DNA of 64,000 nt from Sedimentisphaerales bacterium (GTDB lineage Bacteria > Planctomycetota > Phycisphaerae > Sedimentisphaerales > SM23-30): assembly GCA_963666285.1 (NCBI GenBank), contig OY762711.1. One strand, 5' to 3'. Position 1 is the first letter of the stretch; every line of letters begins with the position of its first letter. The notes under the pieces were generated by a model. It had not been told where the DNA came from. It made no database searches and saw nothing but the letters and a program-made list of their open reading frames with translations. Shown in pieces: positions 40,715 to 51,739 of the stretch. Position numbers and translations under genes: made by a program.

Positions 40715-41836
40715 TTACCCTGTTGATTCTTCTGAGATTTGACTAATTGTGTCTAATACTGCTTCAGAATTGAGATTATCAGAATATCTAAACAATTCCA
40801 TGAACCTACAGTTCCAGAACTTGTTATTTATCAAAAATATCACAAACGGCAAACATAAAACAAAACAGGCAAAACCAAATATTAGTGCCATAAGCAATAC
40901 CTGCCAGATATAATCATCAATTTGCTGACTATTAGCCATTGCCTGTATAACAAATGCGGAAACGACAAATATTCCGGAAATTAAAATCATATTAACAAAT
41001 GTCAAGATGACGAACTTTATTGGCCTGAAACGCCTGCGACACATCCACCTGGTAACTATTATTCCCGACAAAACAACTCCGAATGCAATTAAGTAGACAA
41101 TAAATAGCTCTGCTTCCATGTCCCCGAAGCTCATTATTTCAAGTACGCCGAATGCGATAAATATAATAACAGTCAGGATAAAAACCAAAAAGCGATGCAC
41201 TTTTGCCAGCTTCTCAGACAATAGCCAACAGAAAACAAAACTGATAACTGTTGAGTTAACAATAATGTCAAAATATGTTCCAGATTGGCCAAGAGATACT
41301 ATTTTCAGGTATATCCACCATATCGCCAGCGCTATAACCATTGGCATAAGCAGCCATAAAGCTTTTCCTGTACGGTTTTCCTTGAGCAATATAAATCCAA
41401 CTGCAATAATCAACCACTTTACCATCCCAAGCAAAGCACTAAACGGACTGATATACACCTCAACCGGCCGGCCTTTAACTGGTCCCCAATCACCAATATT
41501 GTTACTTACCACAATTTGAATATTACCAAAAACATACCCAGGTATTCGCCACGAATACGAACTTAAGCCTCCTCAACCATACTCAAATTTACCGGTACCT
41601 AATTTTAAATTCCCTTTATATATTTCAAACGTTGGCTTCTGCCCTCTTTCAAACAGCCCTGAATTTTCATGAGCTTTTCCTAAGGTATCAAGAAGTTTAT
41701 ATTCCAGGGTAATATAACAGCCATTAATTCCAACCTCAACTGTATTATCCAAAGGCTTGCCAGGACTATCATCCGCAAGTAAACCAAAATTGATAGAAGA
41801 AATAAACAGAATAATAAATATAAATATTTTTTTCAT
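40715..41836 (-). CDS. Predicted selenoprotein B (373 aa, U88): signal peptide, GUGG domain, multi-TM membrane domain
   Basis: ORFs 41573-41848 and 40715-41512 are one frame interrupted only by TGA 41573-41575: FEYG-U-GGLSSYSWRIP; hairpin loop at +22. Confidence 0.85.
41542..41558 (-). promoter_or_regulatory. Putative SECIS upper hairpin
   Basis: GTATTCG-TGG-CGAATAC. Confidence 0.8.
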
Positions 41837-41858
41837 AATCAAACACACATAAATTAAT

Positions 41859-43184
41859 TTATTTCAATTGATCTTCCAACTCGTCAATCGTAAAACCTTC
41901 TGCAGTAACCTTCAATTCAGAATCTGCTAATATCAGCCATGGTAAGCCTTTCAAACCAAGTTTGAATTTAGCATCATCCAGCTCTTTATTCAAAATGCAA
42001 GATTCAAATGGAACAGAATTATCTGATAACCATTTATCAATTTCCTCCTGGTCAATTTGTCCGTTATGTACCAGCACAGTATGAATACCCTTTGTTTCAA
42101 GTATTTCTTTTTTACCTGCCAGCTGTTTAATAAAATAACGGCTTGGTCTCTGTTGTATATCCCAGAAAAAGAGCAAAACAGGCTTGCCTGCTTCCAGGTT
42201 GGTTATGCCGTATTTAGTCATATCAGGCAAATTCTTACCGAGCAAAGAAGAAGGCTGTCTAGGCACAAAGCCTCCGTAAGACGGTTGTTCACTAACTACA
42301 AGAACAACATCCTCGGCACCACCTTCAGTTTCTATGTGGTTGTATAAATGCCTGCCATTACTTTGATAGTTAGCCTGAATATTCGCCCTGCCTGAACAAA
42401 CAGCTTCAAAAGTAAATTTCCCTTCTTCATCTGTTTGTTTGCCTTCATTTGGCTGGCCGCTGCCGTAGAGATAAACATTAACATTAGATATGCCTTTTCC
42501 ATCTTCGTCAACAACCTGACCGGATATTTTCATATCAGCAATACGTAAAATAGTATTATCCAGCTGAATAACCCTGCCTATTATACCTGGATCTGCCTCA
42601 CAGCTTATGTTGCCTGAACCATATCCTTTGACACTACTAATATTAATACTGTACCTATGAGATTCCGGTAAACATGATACAGCAAACTCACCGTTGGCAT
42701 CTGATTTGATTTTTGACTCGGTACGTTCAAAGCTGCACCCCCAACTATTGGACATAAGTGACAATGAAACTCTCGCACCTTCAAGTGGTTCGCTTTTTTC
42801 GTTAACAACTTTACCTTTTACAGAAAATCCTTTTGCCAGTGTGATGTCTGCAACTTTACTATCTACTGTAATTGAAGTTGAACCTGCCAGATTGTTACCA
42901 ATATCTCTGGCAATAACATACATCTCATCTTGCACCCAGCTATAATTACTGGGCTTCCAGTTTATTATATATTTACCATCTGCATCCGTTGTCACACTTC
43001 CCGGCACATAATAGTTCGGCATAAGATAAACAGCTGCTCCTTCAACCGGGCTGCCATCGGCATCTCTAACTATTCCAATTAGTTGAGAAGGAGCATTACG
43101 CTGCATTTCTCTGACCATTGGAGTCGCCTGATCAGCCAGTTCCATCCCTAACGACGATAACAAGATTAAAAATAACCTTAACAT
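41859..43184 (-). CDS. Secreted protein with carboxypeptidase-regulatory-like repeats and a Cys-less thioredoxin-like C-terminal domain
   Basis: Three G.V.D..G.P..GA.V...TD..G repeats; GKPVLLFFWDIQQRPS and KGLPWLIL. Confidence 0.8.
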   Translation of the reverse strand: MLRLFLILLSSLGMELADQATPMVREMQRNAPSQLIGIVRDADGSPVEGAAVYLMPNYYVPGSVTTDADGKYIINWKPSNYSWVQDEMYVIARDIGNNLAGSTSITVDSKVADITLAKGFSVKGKVVNEKSEPLEGARVSLSLMSNSWGCSFERTESKIKSDANGEFAVSCLPESHRYSINISSVKGYGSGNISCEADPGIIGRVIQLDNTILRIADMKISGQVVDEDGKGISNVNVYLYGSGQPNEGKQTDEEGKFTFEAVCSGRANIQANYQSNGRHLYNHIETEGGAEDVVLVVSEQPSYGGFVPRQPSSLLGKNLPDMTKYGITNLEAGKPVLLFFWDIQQRPSRYFIKQLAGKKEILETKGIHTVLVHNGQIDQEEIDKWLSDNSVPFESCILNKELDDAKFKLGLKGLPWLILADSELKVTAEGFTIDELEDQLK

Positions 43185-43205
43185 AATAAATCCTTATCTT
43201 AAAAT

Positions 43206-43231
43206 AGCCCGGATCAATAATAATCCGGGCT
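43206..43231 (-). terminator. Intergenic hairpin
   Basis: AGCCCGGAT...ATCCGGGCT inverted repeat. Confidence 0.4.
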
Positions 43232-43245
43232 TTATTAGAATGATT

Positions 43246-46140
43246 TTATTTCTTTTTACGTGTTGAAGAAACAACCGCAACAACAACCATAACTACAAAT
43301 ATAACTATTACAGCACTCAAGTTGAACTTCCTCTCCTGCCCGGCTTCGGGTTGAGATTCTGACTGTTCAGCCTGAATCGCTTCTTCGGCGGCCTCTTCGG
43401 CTACTTCTTGCACAGATTCGCCTTCTTCAACAAAACTTACATTCTCCAGCTTAACTTCATCCTGTTCAGCTGCGACAATCTTATTTTCCTTGAAAAGCGA
43501 TTCAACTTGTTCGGCACTTAAGGCATAGCCAAAAATATAAGCTTCATCGATAAGTCCCTTAAAGTTCCTCATTGTACGGCTATGATCAATTTTACCAAGA
43601 ACGAAATGTACCGGATCATCAAATTGCTTTTCGACATTATTAACAAAGCCTGCCAGCTGGCCATCAATATACAGATAATTACAACTACCGGAATTAACTA
43701 TAACTATATGGTGCCAGTTATTATCTGTATAGATTCCATTACCATTAATTGAATTACCACCTTCGTTACCAAAAGGTTTTCTATGAAGATATCTAATCCG
43801 ATCTTTGTAGATTTCCAGCAAAATACCGTGATTACCATGGCCGGTTGCTGCAACTATATCCATCGCTTCATCTGTACCACCATTCTTAATCCATACAGAA
43901 ATCGAATAATCTTTCGATATAGTTAACGGATCAGTAATATCAACATAATCATCCTTACCATCAAGCTGCAACGCTCCGCCAAACCGGCCTTTACCAGGAA
44001 GCCATTCAGGCTCCCCATTAAGAGTTCCATTAAACGAATTATTTTGATCTAACGCTACCGAACCACTCACTTCATCAAGAGACCAATGAGCAAGCTGGTC
44101 GCCTTTCGTCTCAAATGACCATACCGGGCCAACTGTTGTTTTTCCGGATTGGCTTACTTCATCAACACACCAGAAATAGATGGCATTAGGAATAAGTCCG
44201 CTGAAAGTCAGTTCAGGTTTCCCTTTAATGCTGCCTAGCAGCTCCATATTCTGTTTTGTATTGCCAAAATATATTTTATGTATAACTGAATCTTCACCTG
44301 CAGTCCATAATACCTTCATTTTTCGCTGAGAAGCGACATTTGCCCCATCCCAAGGCTCCGGATTACAGGCATTTGCCCCAAGCTCTTTATAAAATCGAAC
44401 TTCACTAATCCCTATTTGACCACTCTTATGCCAACTGGATGGATTATCAAAACGAACTTTTTGAGCGTCTACTGGATCTAACTTAACTACAACGGGCGAA
44501 TCATAATCGAAAGTACCCTCAGCCTTGTCAAATACAATATCCTGCTTAACAGATTTCCAACCTTCTTTTTCAGTCCACACGGAAACATCAGCCTTTGCAA
44601 TACCATAATCGACATAACCTGGCTTATTATAATTCCAGACGACTATAGAAGTAAGTTTCTGTGGTTCAGTAAAATCAAAAACAATACCTTCACTATATCT
44701 TTCGACATTTGACAGCCACATAGCTTCAGTGTCAGTATTATGCTCTATCAGATTATCTTGATCTACATCCAGAAGACCGCTGCCATCAATTACAGCATTC
44801 ATCCCTTTAGCTACAACGCCGGTAACCATCTCGCCATATACAGTTCTTTTACGGTTTTCAGGTTTTAATGTATAAATTTTTCCCCTTATATCAAAAGGAG
44901 AATCAATAACAGCTTCAGCAATAAATGGTCGTGCAACATTCTTAGGCTCTCGCCACGAGAGCGAACAAGTGCCACCTCAACCATATTCCAGACTAAAAGT
45001 CTGGTCATAGGTCCGATCCCTGTTGTATATCCTGACCTTTGGAGCATCAGGTCTGCTGCCCGATTTTGTCAAGCTTACAGACTCTCCATTATTACCTGAT
45101 AATTGGTGTCTGAAGTAATAACTACCATTTCCATAACTCACCGATAGGTTTGAAAATACATTTTCGCCTACATTCGATTTGGCAACAGCTCCCCGGCTAA
45201 TCTCAAATTCGTTGCTATTGGAATACCAGGTGGCTCCCATCTCCCAGTTTTTACCGGAATCATCTTTTGCTGTTTTCTGCCAGGAACGAACTCGATATTT
45301 ACCAACAGGTAAACTGATTTGGCCATCTTTTATATTGTCTCGTTTGAACAAACCATTCTGGCCGCAGCATACGATTGAATCGACATTAACCGGTACTTCC
45401 AGCTTACTGTATGCAACGTCATCTGCCGAAGTCAATTCGACAAATGCTCCGTCTTTTGAAACTTGCAGGTTATATAGTTTATTTTCATATTCAATATAAT
45501 TACCAACAAAAGTTTCATGCTTGGTTATGACATCACCTATAATTATTCTGTCACTGTCAAATGTTTCAGAAATATCATTAAATGTGCCATTCAGATTATA
45601 GTCAACTAGCGTAATTTTTGTTTTAACACCAGCTATATCAACAGTCCCTTCATACCAGCACCCAATCTGGGCATACAAACGCTCGTAATCTGCTCTGTAG
45701 GAATAATAATAAAAATTAATATGATATGTAACGATCCCATCATCTGTATCAAACAGCACAGGAATTCCGTTGAAGTTTACACGGTATTCATCTCTACGCT
45801 CACCCTGATATTTTTCATTTTCAGAAATAGAGCCGTCCCCATTAGAATCAAAATACATTAGATCGTATTTGCCATATTTCTTCTGACGATCCAGTATTAT
45901 CTGCCTTGATTTCTTCCCGGCCATCTCATGCTTCCAAACGGCATACCTTACATCATCTGTATTTAGTTTTGGTACTGTCATTTCTGACGGTTTTTCCTTT
46001 GAAAGCTCGATATTTTTTGTGTTCCCACCTATGATTTCTCTGGCCGTATCGGAACTGCAATATCGCAACCATTGAGGTGCAGAAAAAACTGTCGCAGTAA
46101 TTGAAAAAATAACCAATAAAAATAATGCCTTGATTTTCAC
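43246..46140 (-). CDS. Predicted selenoprotein C (964 aa, U388): signal peptide, N-domain, GUGGxC domain, discoidin-like, LamG-like, C-terminal TM anchor
   Basis: ORFs 44977-46140 and 43246-44829 are joined in frame by TGA 44977-44979 plus 49 open codons: LEYG-U-GGTCSLSWREP; hairpin loop at +22. Confidence 0.87.
44946..44962 (-). promoter_or_regulatory. Putative SECIS upper hairpin
   Basis: GCTCTCG-TGG-CGAGAGC perfect stem. Confidence 0.82.
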
Positions 46141-46615
46141 ATCAAACCACCTTCCTAATTATAGAAGCACTCAAATACTTCTGAACCTAAATAACTATTT
46201 TGCATTTATTGTATCAATTAACATTATTTATGCAAACCCTATTATTTTAATAGCTTACATAAATTCATCGCCAATTCCTTTCCATTTTATCAATATTCTA
46301 TATATACCAATAACAGTTGAAAATACCCGTTCGACCATGGTATAAATGATTAAATTATCATTACTTACCTCCCGAGCAATCGGACATAATCATACACAGC
46401 GTGTATACTATTTGACGTACTATAATCAAAAATGTTACAACTTTTTTTGCAAAAATATGAAAAATATACTACATAACTATTTTATATCTTTTCACTTAAG
46501 CAAAATAACTGTTTATTAGCTTTAACACCACTACCTACCCTATCAACAAAAATATTATATTATTCCAAAAAAATTCTTTTGACTGCCTGCTTTATTGTGA
46601 TATTATTTAAAAAAG

Positions 46616-46668
46616 TCAGGCAATTTGCCTGATATTATTTTGCCTGCATCTAAGGCAACTTGCCTTAG
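46616..46668. promoter_or_regulatory. Two palindromic operators AGGCAA(T/C)TTGCCT
   Basis: TCAGGCAATTTGCCTGA (46616-46632) and CTAAGGCAACTTGCCTTAG (46650-46668) just upstream of the BlaI-like gene. Confidence 0.65.
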
Positions 46669-46700
46669 AGTTATCAAAGCCAAAAAAATGGATATTATTA

Positions 46701-47081
46701 ATGAAAAACGATGCTAATCAAAACGTATCAGAAACTGAATTGACAATATTAAATGTATTATGGAACAGTCAGGAAGCCAGTATCAGAGATATAACTCATA
46801 ATATCTACGGCAACACTGATACCAGCAACTATAATACGGTTCAAAGCCTGATCAATCGACTGGAAAATAAGGGTTTTGTAGGCCGGGATAGAAGTGGTTT
46901 CGCCCATAAGTTCTTTGCACAAATAAAAAGGCAGGACTTTATTAACCGCCAGCTAACCGAAATAGCAGACAAAGTATGCGGAGGATCCTTTATGCCGCTT
47001 TTAACCAATCTTGTTAATAAAGCAGAGTTTACTGAAGACCAAAGAAACCAGCTTAAAAGGCTGATTGATCAAATAGACTAA
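46701..47081 (+). CDS. BlaI/MecI/CopY family repressor
   Basis: SETEL.IL.VLW, YNTVQSLINRLENKGFV. Confidence 0.93.
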   Translation: MKNDANQNVSETELTILNVLWNSQEASIRDITHNIYGNTDTSNYNTVQSLINRLENKGFVGRDRSGFAHKFFAQIKRQDFINRQLTEIADKVCGGSFMPLLTNLVNKAEFTEDQRNQLKRLIDQID

Positions 47082-47106
47082 AATAACTCGCATTGAGAAC
47101 AATACA

Positions 47107-48846
47107 ATGGAAACTTTATTATATACGGCATTATCAAACACAATAATAGTAGCGATTATCGTATTATCAAATCTACTACTAACTCGAGTAATTAAAAATA
47201 AGCAGATTTTAGCAATACTATGGCTGGTTGCATTGGCCAAACTGTTAACCCCAGCCCTTTTCAACCTTCCAATAATCACCCTGCCAATAAACCAGGCTAA
47301 TGACCAGATACAGTTCAATATAGCATCAATACAACCAACTGACTTCGATAATGACAAATTGAATACGGGGTACAAAACCTCTATAACGCCATTAATGTTA
47401 GAAAAAACTCCACTGGATGATGCGATTAAACTTGATTGGCACACTATTCTCATTTCAATCTGGCTTGGAGGAGGTATTATTTTTATCTCATACAATTGTT
47501 ATAAAATATTTAATACTATTAACCTATTAAGAAAAGCTAACAAGCCGCCTCATTTCATTAAACAGGAGGCAGAAAAAATCGCTGACACACTTGGCCTGAA
47601 ATCTGCACCAAGGATTTTAATGTTAAACAAGCCTATTTCACCTTGCGTATGGGGACTCGGCAAAAAACCGACAATTATACTACCTACAGGCTTCTTCTTT
47701 AGCCTCTCTCGCAAGGATCAGGATTTAATATTAACTCATGAGATGGCACATATCAAACGCTATGATCATTTAATAAGATTCATCGAGTTTTTGGCATTAT
47801 CAATATACTGGTGGAATCCAATTGCCTGGTTGATATGTTTTAATGTCAGACAAAGCTCAGAAATTTGCTGTGATAACTATGTATTAAAATTATTTCCTCA
47901 GCAAGCCAAAACTTACGCGCGGGTTTTGGTACAGACAGTGGAATATATAGCTAATCGGCCGGTCTTTGCCTTTAGCAGCGGACTGACCAGGGAACCTTTT
48001 ATAAACAGGAGAATTAAAATGCTCAATAAAAATCAAACGGATAGATATTCAATAGCATCCTTATTATTTATTTTTGCTCTCGTTCTTACTCTGCCATTTT
48101 CTGTTTCAATAGCCACAGCCGAAGACACAAATATTGATGAGCTTAAAGAAAAAGTACTAAATTCACTGGAAGGCCAGGATGAAAAAGTACTGCAATCGAT
48201 AGAAATGGCATTTAATGAATACCAGAAAGAAGCAGTACAGGAAATACCCAATAATACAGATGCCGATAAAAGCCAACCAGACAATGAACAGCCTAAAGAG
48301 ACTGGAACAAAAGAACTTACTAAATCACTCTATAAGTCTATTAAAAAGCGGCTAATGTCTGGAAAAGATATTAATAATGGTAGTAACGAAACAAAAAATG
48401 ATGCAGCTGACAGCAAAAATGTCCAAACATTCAAAATCGGAAATTCTACAATTACTATAGCAACTGATTCTGATTGGTTAAATATAGCACAGCACCACAT
48501 CAATCAAATAGACAAAAGTAAATTGGAAAATCTAAAAAATGAAATAAATGAAAAACTGCAAAATAACTTCAAAAAGCTTAACAAGGAAATGGCTAATTTA
48601 ATAGATATTGACTTTGACGAGATAAGATTTAACTCGGAAAAGCAAAGAGAAATCTTAGAAAATGCTATAAAGTTAAAAGAACTTATTACCAGCGGAAATC
48701 TCAAAGAAAAAATATTCCAGGAAAAAGATGAAGTTATCACAGAACTTCATACAAAAATGGCTGATCTGGAAGAAAAGTACCAGCAACTTAAAAACGACCT
48801 GTATGGCCTCGACCAAAATATAAATAAGAAAATAGAGAAAGAATAA
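47107..48846 (+). CDS. M56 family (BlaR1-like) metallopeptidase with coiled-coil C-terminus
   Basis: HEMAHIKRYD, YWWNPIAW, EICCD, RRIKML. Confidence 0.92.
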   Translation: METLLYTALSNTIIVAIIVLSNLLLTRVIKNKQILAILWLVALAKLLTPALFNLPIITLPINQANDQIQFNIASIQPTDFDNDKLNTGYKTSITPLMLEKTPLDDAIKLDWHTILISIWLGGGIIFISYNCYKIFNTINLLRKANKPPHFIKQEAEKIADTLGLKSAPRILMLNKPISPCVWGLGKKPTIILPTGFFFSLSRKDQDLILTHEMAHIKRYDHLIRFIEFLALSIYWWNPIAWLICFNVRQSSEICCDNYVLKLFPQQAKTYARVLVQTVEYIANRPVFAFSSGLTREPFINRRIKMLNKNQTDRYSIASLLFIFALVLTLPFSVSIATAEDTNIDELKEKVLNSLEGQDEKVLQSIEMAFNEYQKEAVQEIPNNTDADKSQPDNEQPKETGTKELTKSLYKSIKKRLMSGKDINNGSNETKNDAADSKNVQTFKIGNSTITIATDSDWLNIAQHHINQIDKSKLENLKNEINEKLQNNFKKLNKEMANLIDIDFDEIRFNSEKQREILENAIKLKELITSGNLKEKIFQEKDEVITELHTKMADLEEKYQQLKNDLYGLDQNINKKIEKE

Positions 48847-48900
48847 TCACATATTTTCGATATAGATTGTTAAATTAGATAAAGCTGGAACAAAAAAATA

Positions 48901-48925
48901 CGGGGGTGTATAGTCAACACCCCCG
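48901..48925. terminator. Hairpin between convergent genes
   Basis: CGGGGGTGT...ACACCCCCG. Confidence 0.55.
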
Positions 48926-48966
48926 CTCTATGTATAATTTTTTGCGAGAAATCCAATATATTTACA

Positions 48967-49146
48967 CTAATCCGCCATCTTGTCTTTTTTCTTCAACTTT
49001 TTAGATTTACATAAGTTACCTTTGTCATTACTTACCCTAGCACATTTCTCGCAAAAAAACTTCGCGTCTTCTGTTTGGGCAATAAATTTCTTTTTCTGCG
49101 AACTTGATACGCCTTTACCAAATTCAGAGCACATCTTTTTGGCCAT
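48967..49146 (-). CDS. Small basic Cys-containing protein
   Basis: GAGG RBS; KKMC...CEKCARVS...LC pattern. Confidence 0.6.
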   Translation of the reverse strand: MAKKMCSEFGKGVSSSQKKKFIAQTEDAKFFCEKCARVSNDKGNLCKSKKLKKKDKMAD

Positions 49147-49333
49147 ATATTTCATCCTCACGATTTTAACTAGTTATTACATTTAAATTATAACCACTGT
49201 TTATGGTTTAAGGCAAATAACACAAAGATTTTTATCATAATTATAAGAACATTTGCGTATAAAAGCCGTTATTAGAGGAGTAAAGTCTACTGTTGACATT
49301 TATCGTTACTATATATATCATTATAGATTACAA

Positions 49334-49762
49334 ATGAGTAGCCAAAATACACAAACCCAACCTGTTAAACCACTTAAATCAATACCAATGATTTTTATCG
49401 GTATAATCGCCTGGCTGATCCCCGGGGCCGGTCATTGGATGCTGGGCAAAAAAAACAGGGCAATCGTAATATTCGTTAGCATCATAATACTATTTTTCAC
49501 TGGTATTTATATCGGAGGAAATTCTCTGGTAAATGTAACCTATGCGAAGTTATGGTATATAGCCCAAATTTTTACCGGACTGCCATGTTTAATTATGACC
49601 AGCAAAGAGCAACTCGGTTTTGGTAAAGGTATTGACCTGGGCCAGCTCTATACCAGTTGTGCCGGCTTGCTCAACCTAATGTGTGTTATTGATGCCATTA
49701 TTCCTCCTGAAAGTGGTACTAATAAAAATAAGGCCAAAGAAGTAAAGGAGAAACTGGTATAA
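49334..49762 (+). CDS. DUF6677-like membrane protein
   Basis: AWLIPGAGH, YTSCAGLLNL..IDA. Confidence 0.75.
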   Translation: MSSQNTQTQPVKPLKSIPMIFIGIIAWLIPGAGHWMLGKKNRAIVIFVSIIILFFTGIYIGGNSLVNVTYAKLWYIAQIFTGLPCLIMTSKEQLGFGKGIDLGQLYTSCAGLLNLMCVIDAIIPPESGTNKNKAKEVKEKLV

Positions 49763-50016
49763 TGCCCTTTATTTTTGCTTCTATCCTGGCTTTTTCGCAA
49801 TATCCTATAGCTATCCCAACTACCCCTGCTTCACTGTTATGGGCATTACCCGTATCCCTTGGAATAGCAGCAGTTTATAAAGCAGTAAAACTTGAAGAGT
49901 TTACCTGGCCTTTGTTTGTCCGCGAAGTATCTCTGCTGTTTGTAACTATTATTGGCGCACTAATAGCCACAGCTCTATGCCTGTTAATCCTTGCACGTTT
50001 TGTAGGTTTGCTGTAA
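49762..50016 (+). CDS. Small hypothetical membrane protein
   Basis: LP..L.IAAVYKA motif, two TM helices, coupled to the upstream gene. Confidence 0.7.
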   Translation: MPFIFASILAFSQYPIAIPTTPASLLWALPVSLGIAAVYKAVKLEEFTWPLFVREVSLLFVTIIGALIATALCLLILARFVGLL

Positions 50017-50155
50017 AAAAATAAGGCTTTTTTTACGGTTAAACCTTTAAATGACAAACAGCTCAAAAAACATAAACTACTGCAAAAGAGAGCTTTAAAT
50101 CACCATATCCATCCCGGCCAAGCCAAAACCCCATACACCTAAAACTCTATTTTAC

Positions 50156-50184
50156 TTGAATTAAAAGTTATAGGACTCTATAAT
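50156..50184 (+). promoter_or_regulatory. Sigma70-type promoter with about 250-nt leader to the RRM gene
   Basis: TTGAAT-17 nt-TATAAT. Confidence 0.5.
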
Positions 50185-50437
50185 GAATATGCGCGATAGC
50201 TGGATAAAAAGTCGTATTCGGCTCCAAAAGATGCTCTCGATAAGTATCTGAAAGATTGATTTTCGTATTTAGATTCTGATTGAGTGTAATCATGGTTATT
50301 TTCCTATCGATGCAAAGTTCTATATTAAGTGCAATTAATATTCGTTTTTGGCCAGATATATATATGTCTGGACGGGCTGTGCTTGGGCCCGGTTTGTGTT
50401 CTAATGAGTCTGTATTAACAGACAGGATGGTTTGTTT

Positions 50438-50731
50438 ATGTCCAGGAATATTTATGTGGGCAACCTTAGTTATGGTTTGTCAGAAGAAGAATTAGGTAAT
50501 GTATTTTCAGAGTTTGGAGATGTGGCAAGTACAAAGATCATAGTCGACAAGGATACAGGTCGCAGTAAAGGTTACGGATTTGTAGAAATGGGAACAGAAG
50601 AGCAGGCCCAATCTGCAATTACCGCAATGGATGGTAGAGATATTGATGGCCGAAGCGCCAAAGTAAGTCTGGCCCGCCCAAGACAGGAACGTCCTCAAGG
50701 CAGCCGCAATTTCAGTAGAAACCGAAACTAA
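50438..50731 (+). CDS. RRM RNA-binding protein
   Basis: RNP2 IYVGNL, RNP1 KGYGFVEM. Confidence 0.95.
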   Translation: MSRNIYVGNLSYGLSEEELGNVFSEFGDVASTKIIVDKDTGRSKGYGFVEMGTEEQAQSAITAMDGRDIDGRSAKVSLARPRQERPQGSRNFSRNRN

Positions 50732-50812
50732 AAAAACAGTCGAACTCAAATGCTAGTCAATGATATTTAAATAGCAATTGAATATACGACAAAAATGTAA
50801 AAAGTATTCTAC

Positions 50813-50850
50813 AAAAAAAGCTGAGAATCGTTAAACGACTCTCAGCTTTT
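50813..50850. terminator. Bidirectional intrinsic terminator
   Basis: AAAAAAAGCTGAGA...TCTCAGCTTTT between convergent genes. Confidence 0.75.
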
Positions 50851-50875
50851 AATTTTTAACAAATCAGATAAATTC

Positions 50876-51625
50876 TTAGAATTCCAGGCCAACGCTTACG
50901 CCGCCATATAGATAGTCTTCATAAGAATCTTCGATAGCTGACTGATAAACGATGAAAGGAGAAACACTTGCACCAGAAACTTCTAAGCCACTCAGAGACA
51001 CGCCAAAATCAGCATGAGTCCAATCAGAACCAGCATAGAACATATCATTATTGTAGCCAGTACCAGCTGAGAAGCTCAGAGAATAAGTGTCATCAATAGC
51101 AACATCTTTGCTGATGCTGATGCTATGATACTGCATTTTATCATTATCAACATCGTCATCTACAAAATCACCATAACCTGTATAGTAGCTCAGGCAAATA
51201 TCCCAAGGCAACAAGTTAGGCATATCAGCAGAAACACCAACTTCCCATACATCCCAAGTAGAATTGGCTTTAGGGAAATCATAATAAATGAAATTAGCAC
51301 CAAGATCAACCTGAGTAGCACCTTCACCAACTGTTGTGCCCCAGCTCAATGTGTAATCAAGCTCAGTAGCATCTTCAGAGCCAGAACCCATAGGGAAAGA
51401 ACCCCAAACATTCAAGCCAAGACCACTGTCACCAAATAATGCCATGTCAACGCTAGGCTGCCATGCACCATGAGATCCAAATAAGTTTTGGCCTCTCCAT
51501 ACATACCTACTTGTGTAGTCAACAGACGCACCAGTAACTTTAACAGGTTGAGCATTAACAACGCTTACCATCAGTGCCGCAACTACGCCCACCATTACAG
51601 ATTTCATCAATTTGCTCTTCAACAT
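50876..51625 (-). CDS. TorF-like outer-membrane beta-barrel
   Basis: Signal peptide, SRYVWRG, ELDY, C-terminal Phe. Confidence 0.8.
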   Translation of the reverse strand: MLKSKLMKSVMVGVVAALMVSVVNAQPVKVTGASVDYTSRYVWRGQNLFGSHGAWQPSVDMALFGDSGLGLNVWGSFPMGSGSEDATELDYTLSWGTTVGEGATQVDLGANFIYYDFPKANSTWDVWEVGVSADMPNLLPWDICLSYYTGYGDFVDDDVDNDKMQYHSISISKDVAIDDTYSLSFSAGTGYNNDMFYAGSDWTHADFGVSLSGLEVSGASVSPFIVYQSAIEDSYEDYLYGGVSVGLEF

Positions 51626-51739
51626 CTTACCTTTTCCTTTCGGACAAAAAAAGATCCAATAAAAAAATAACTCTAAAACAACATATTATATTGATATCAG
51701 CACTGATAACAGCATCAGGCCATTTCGTATTATAATTTT

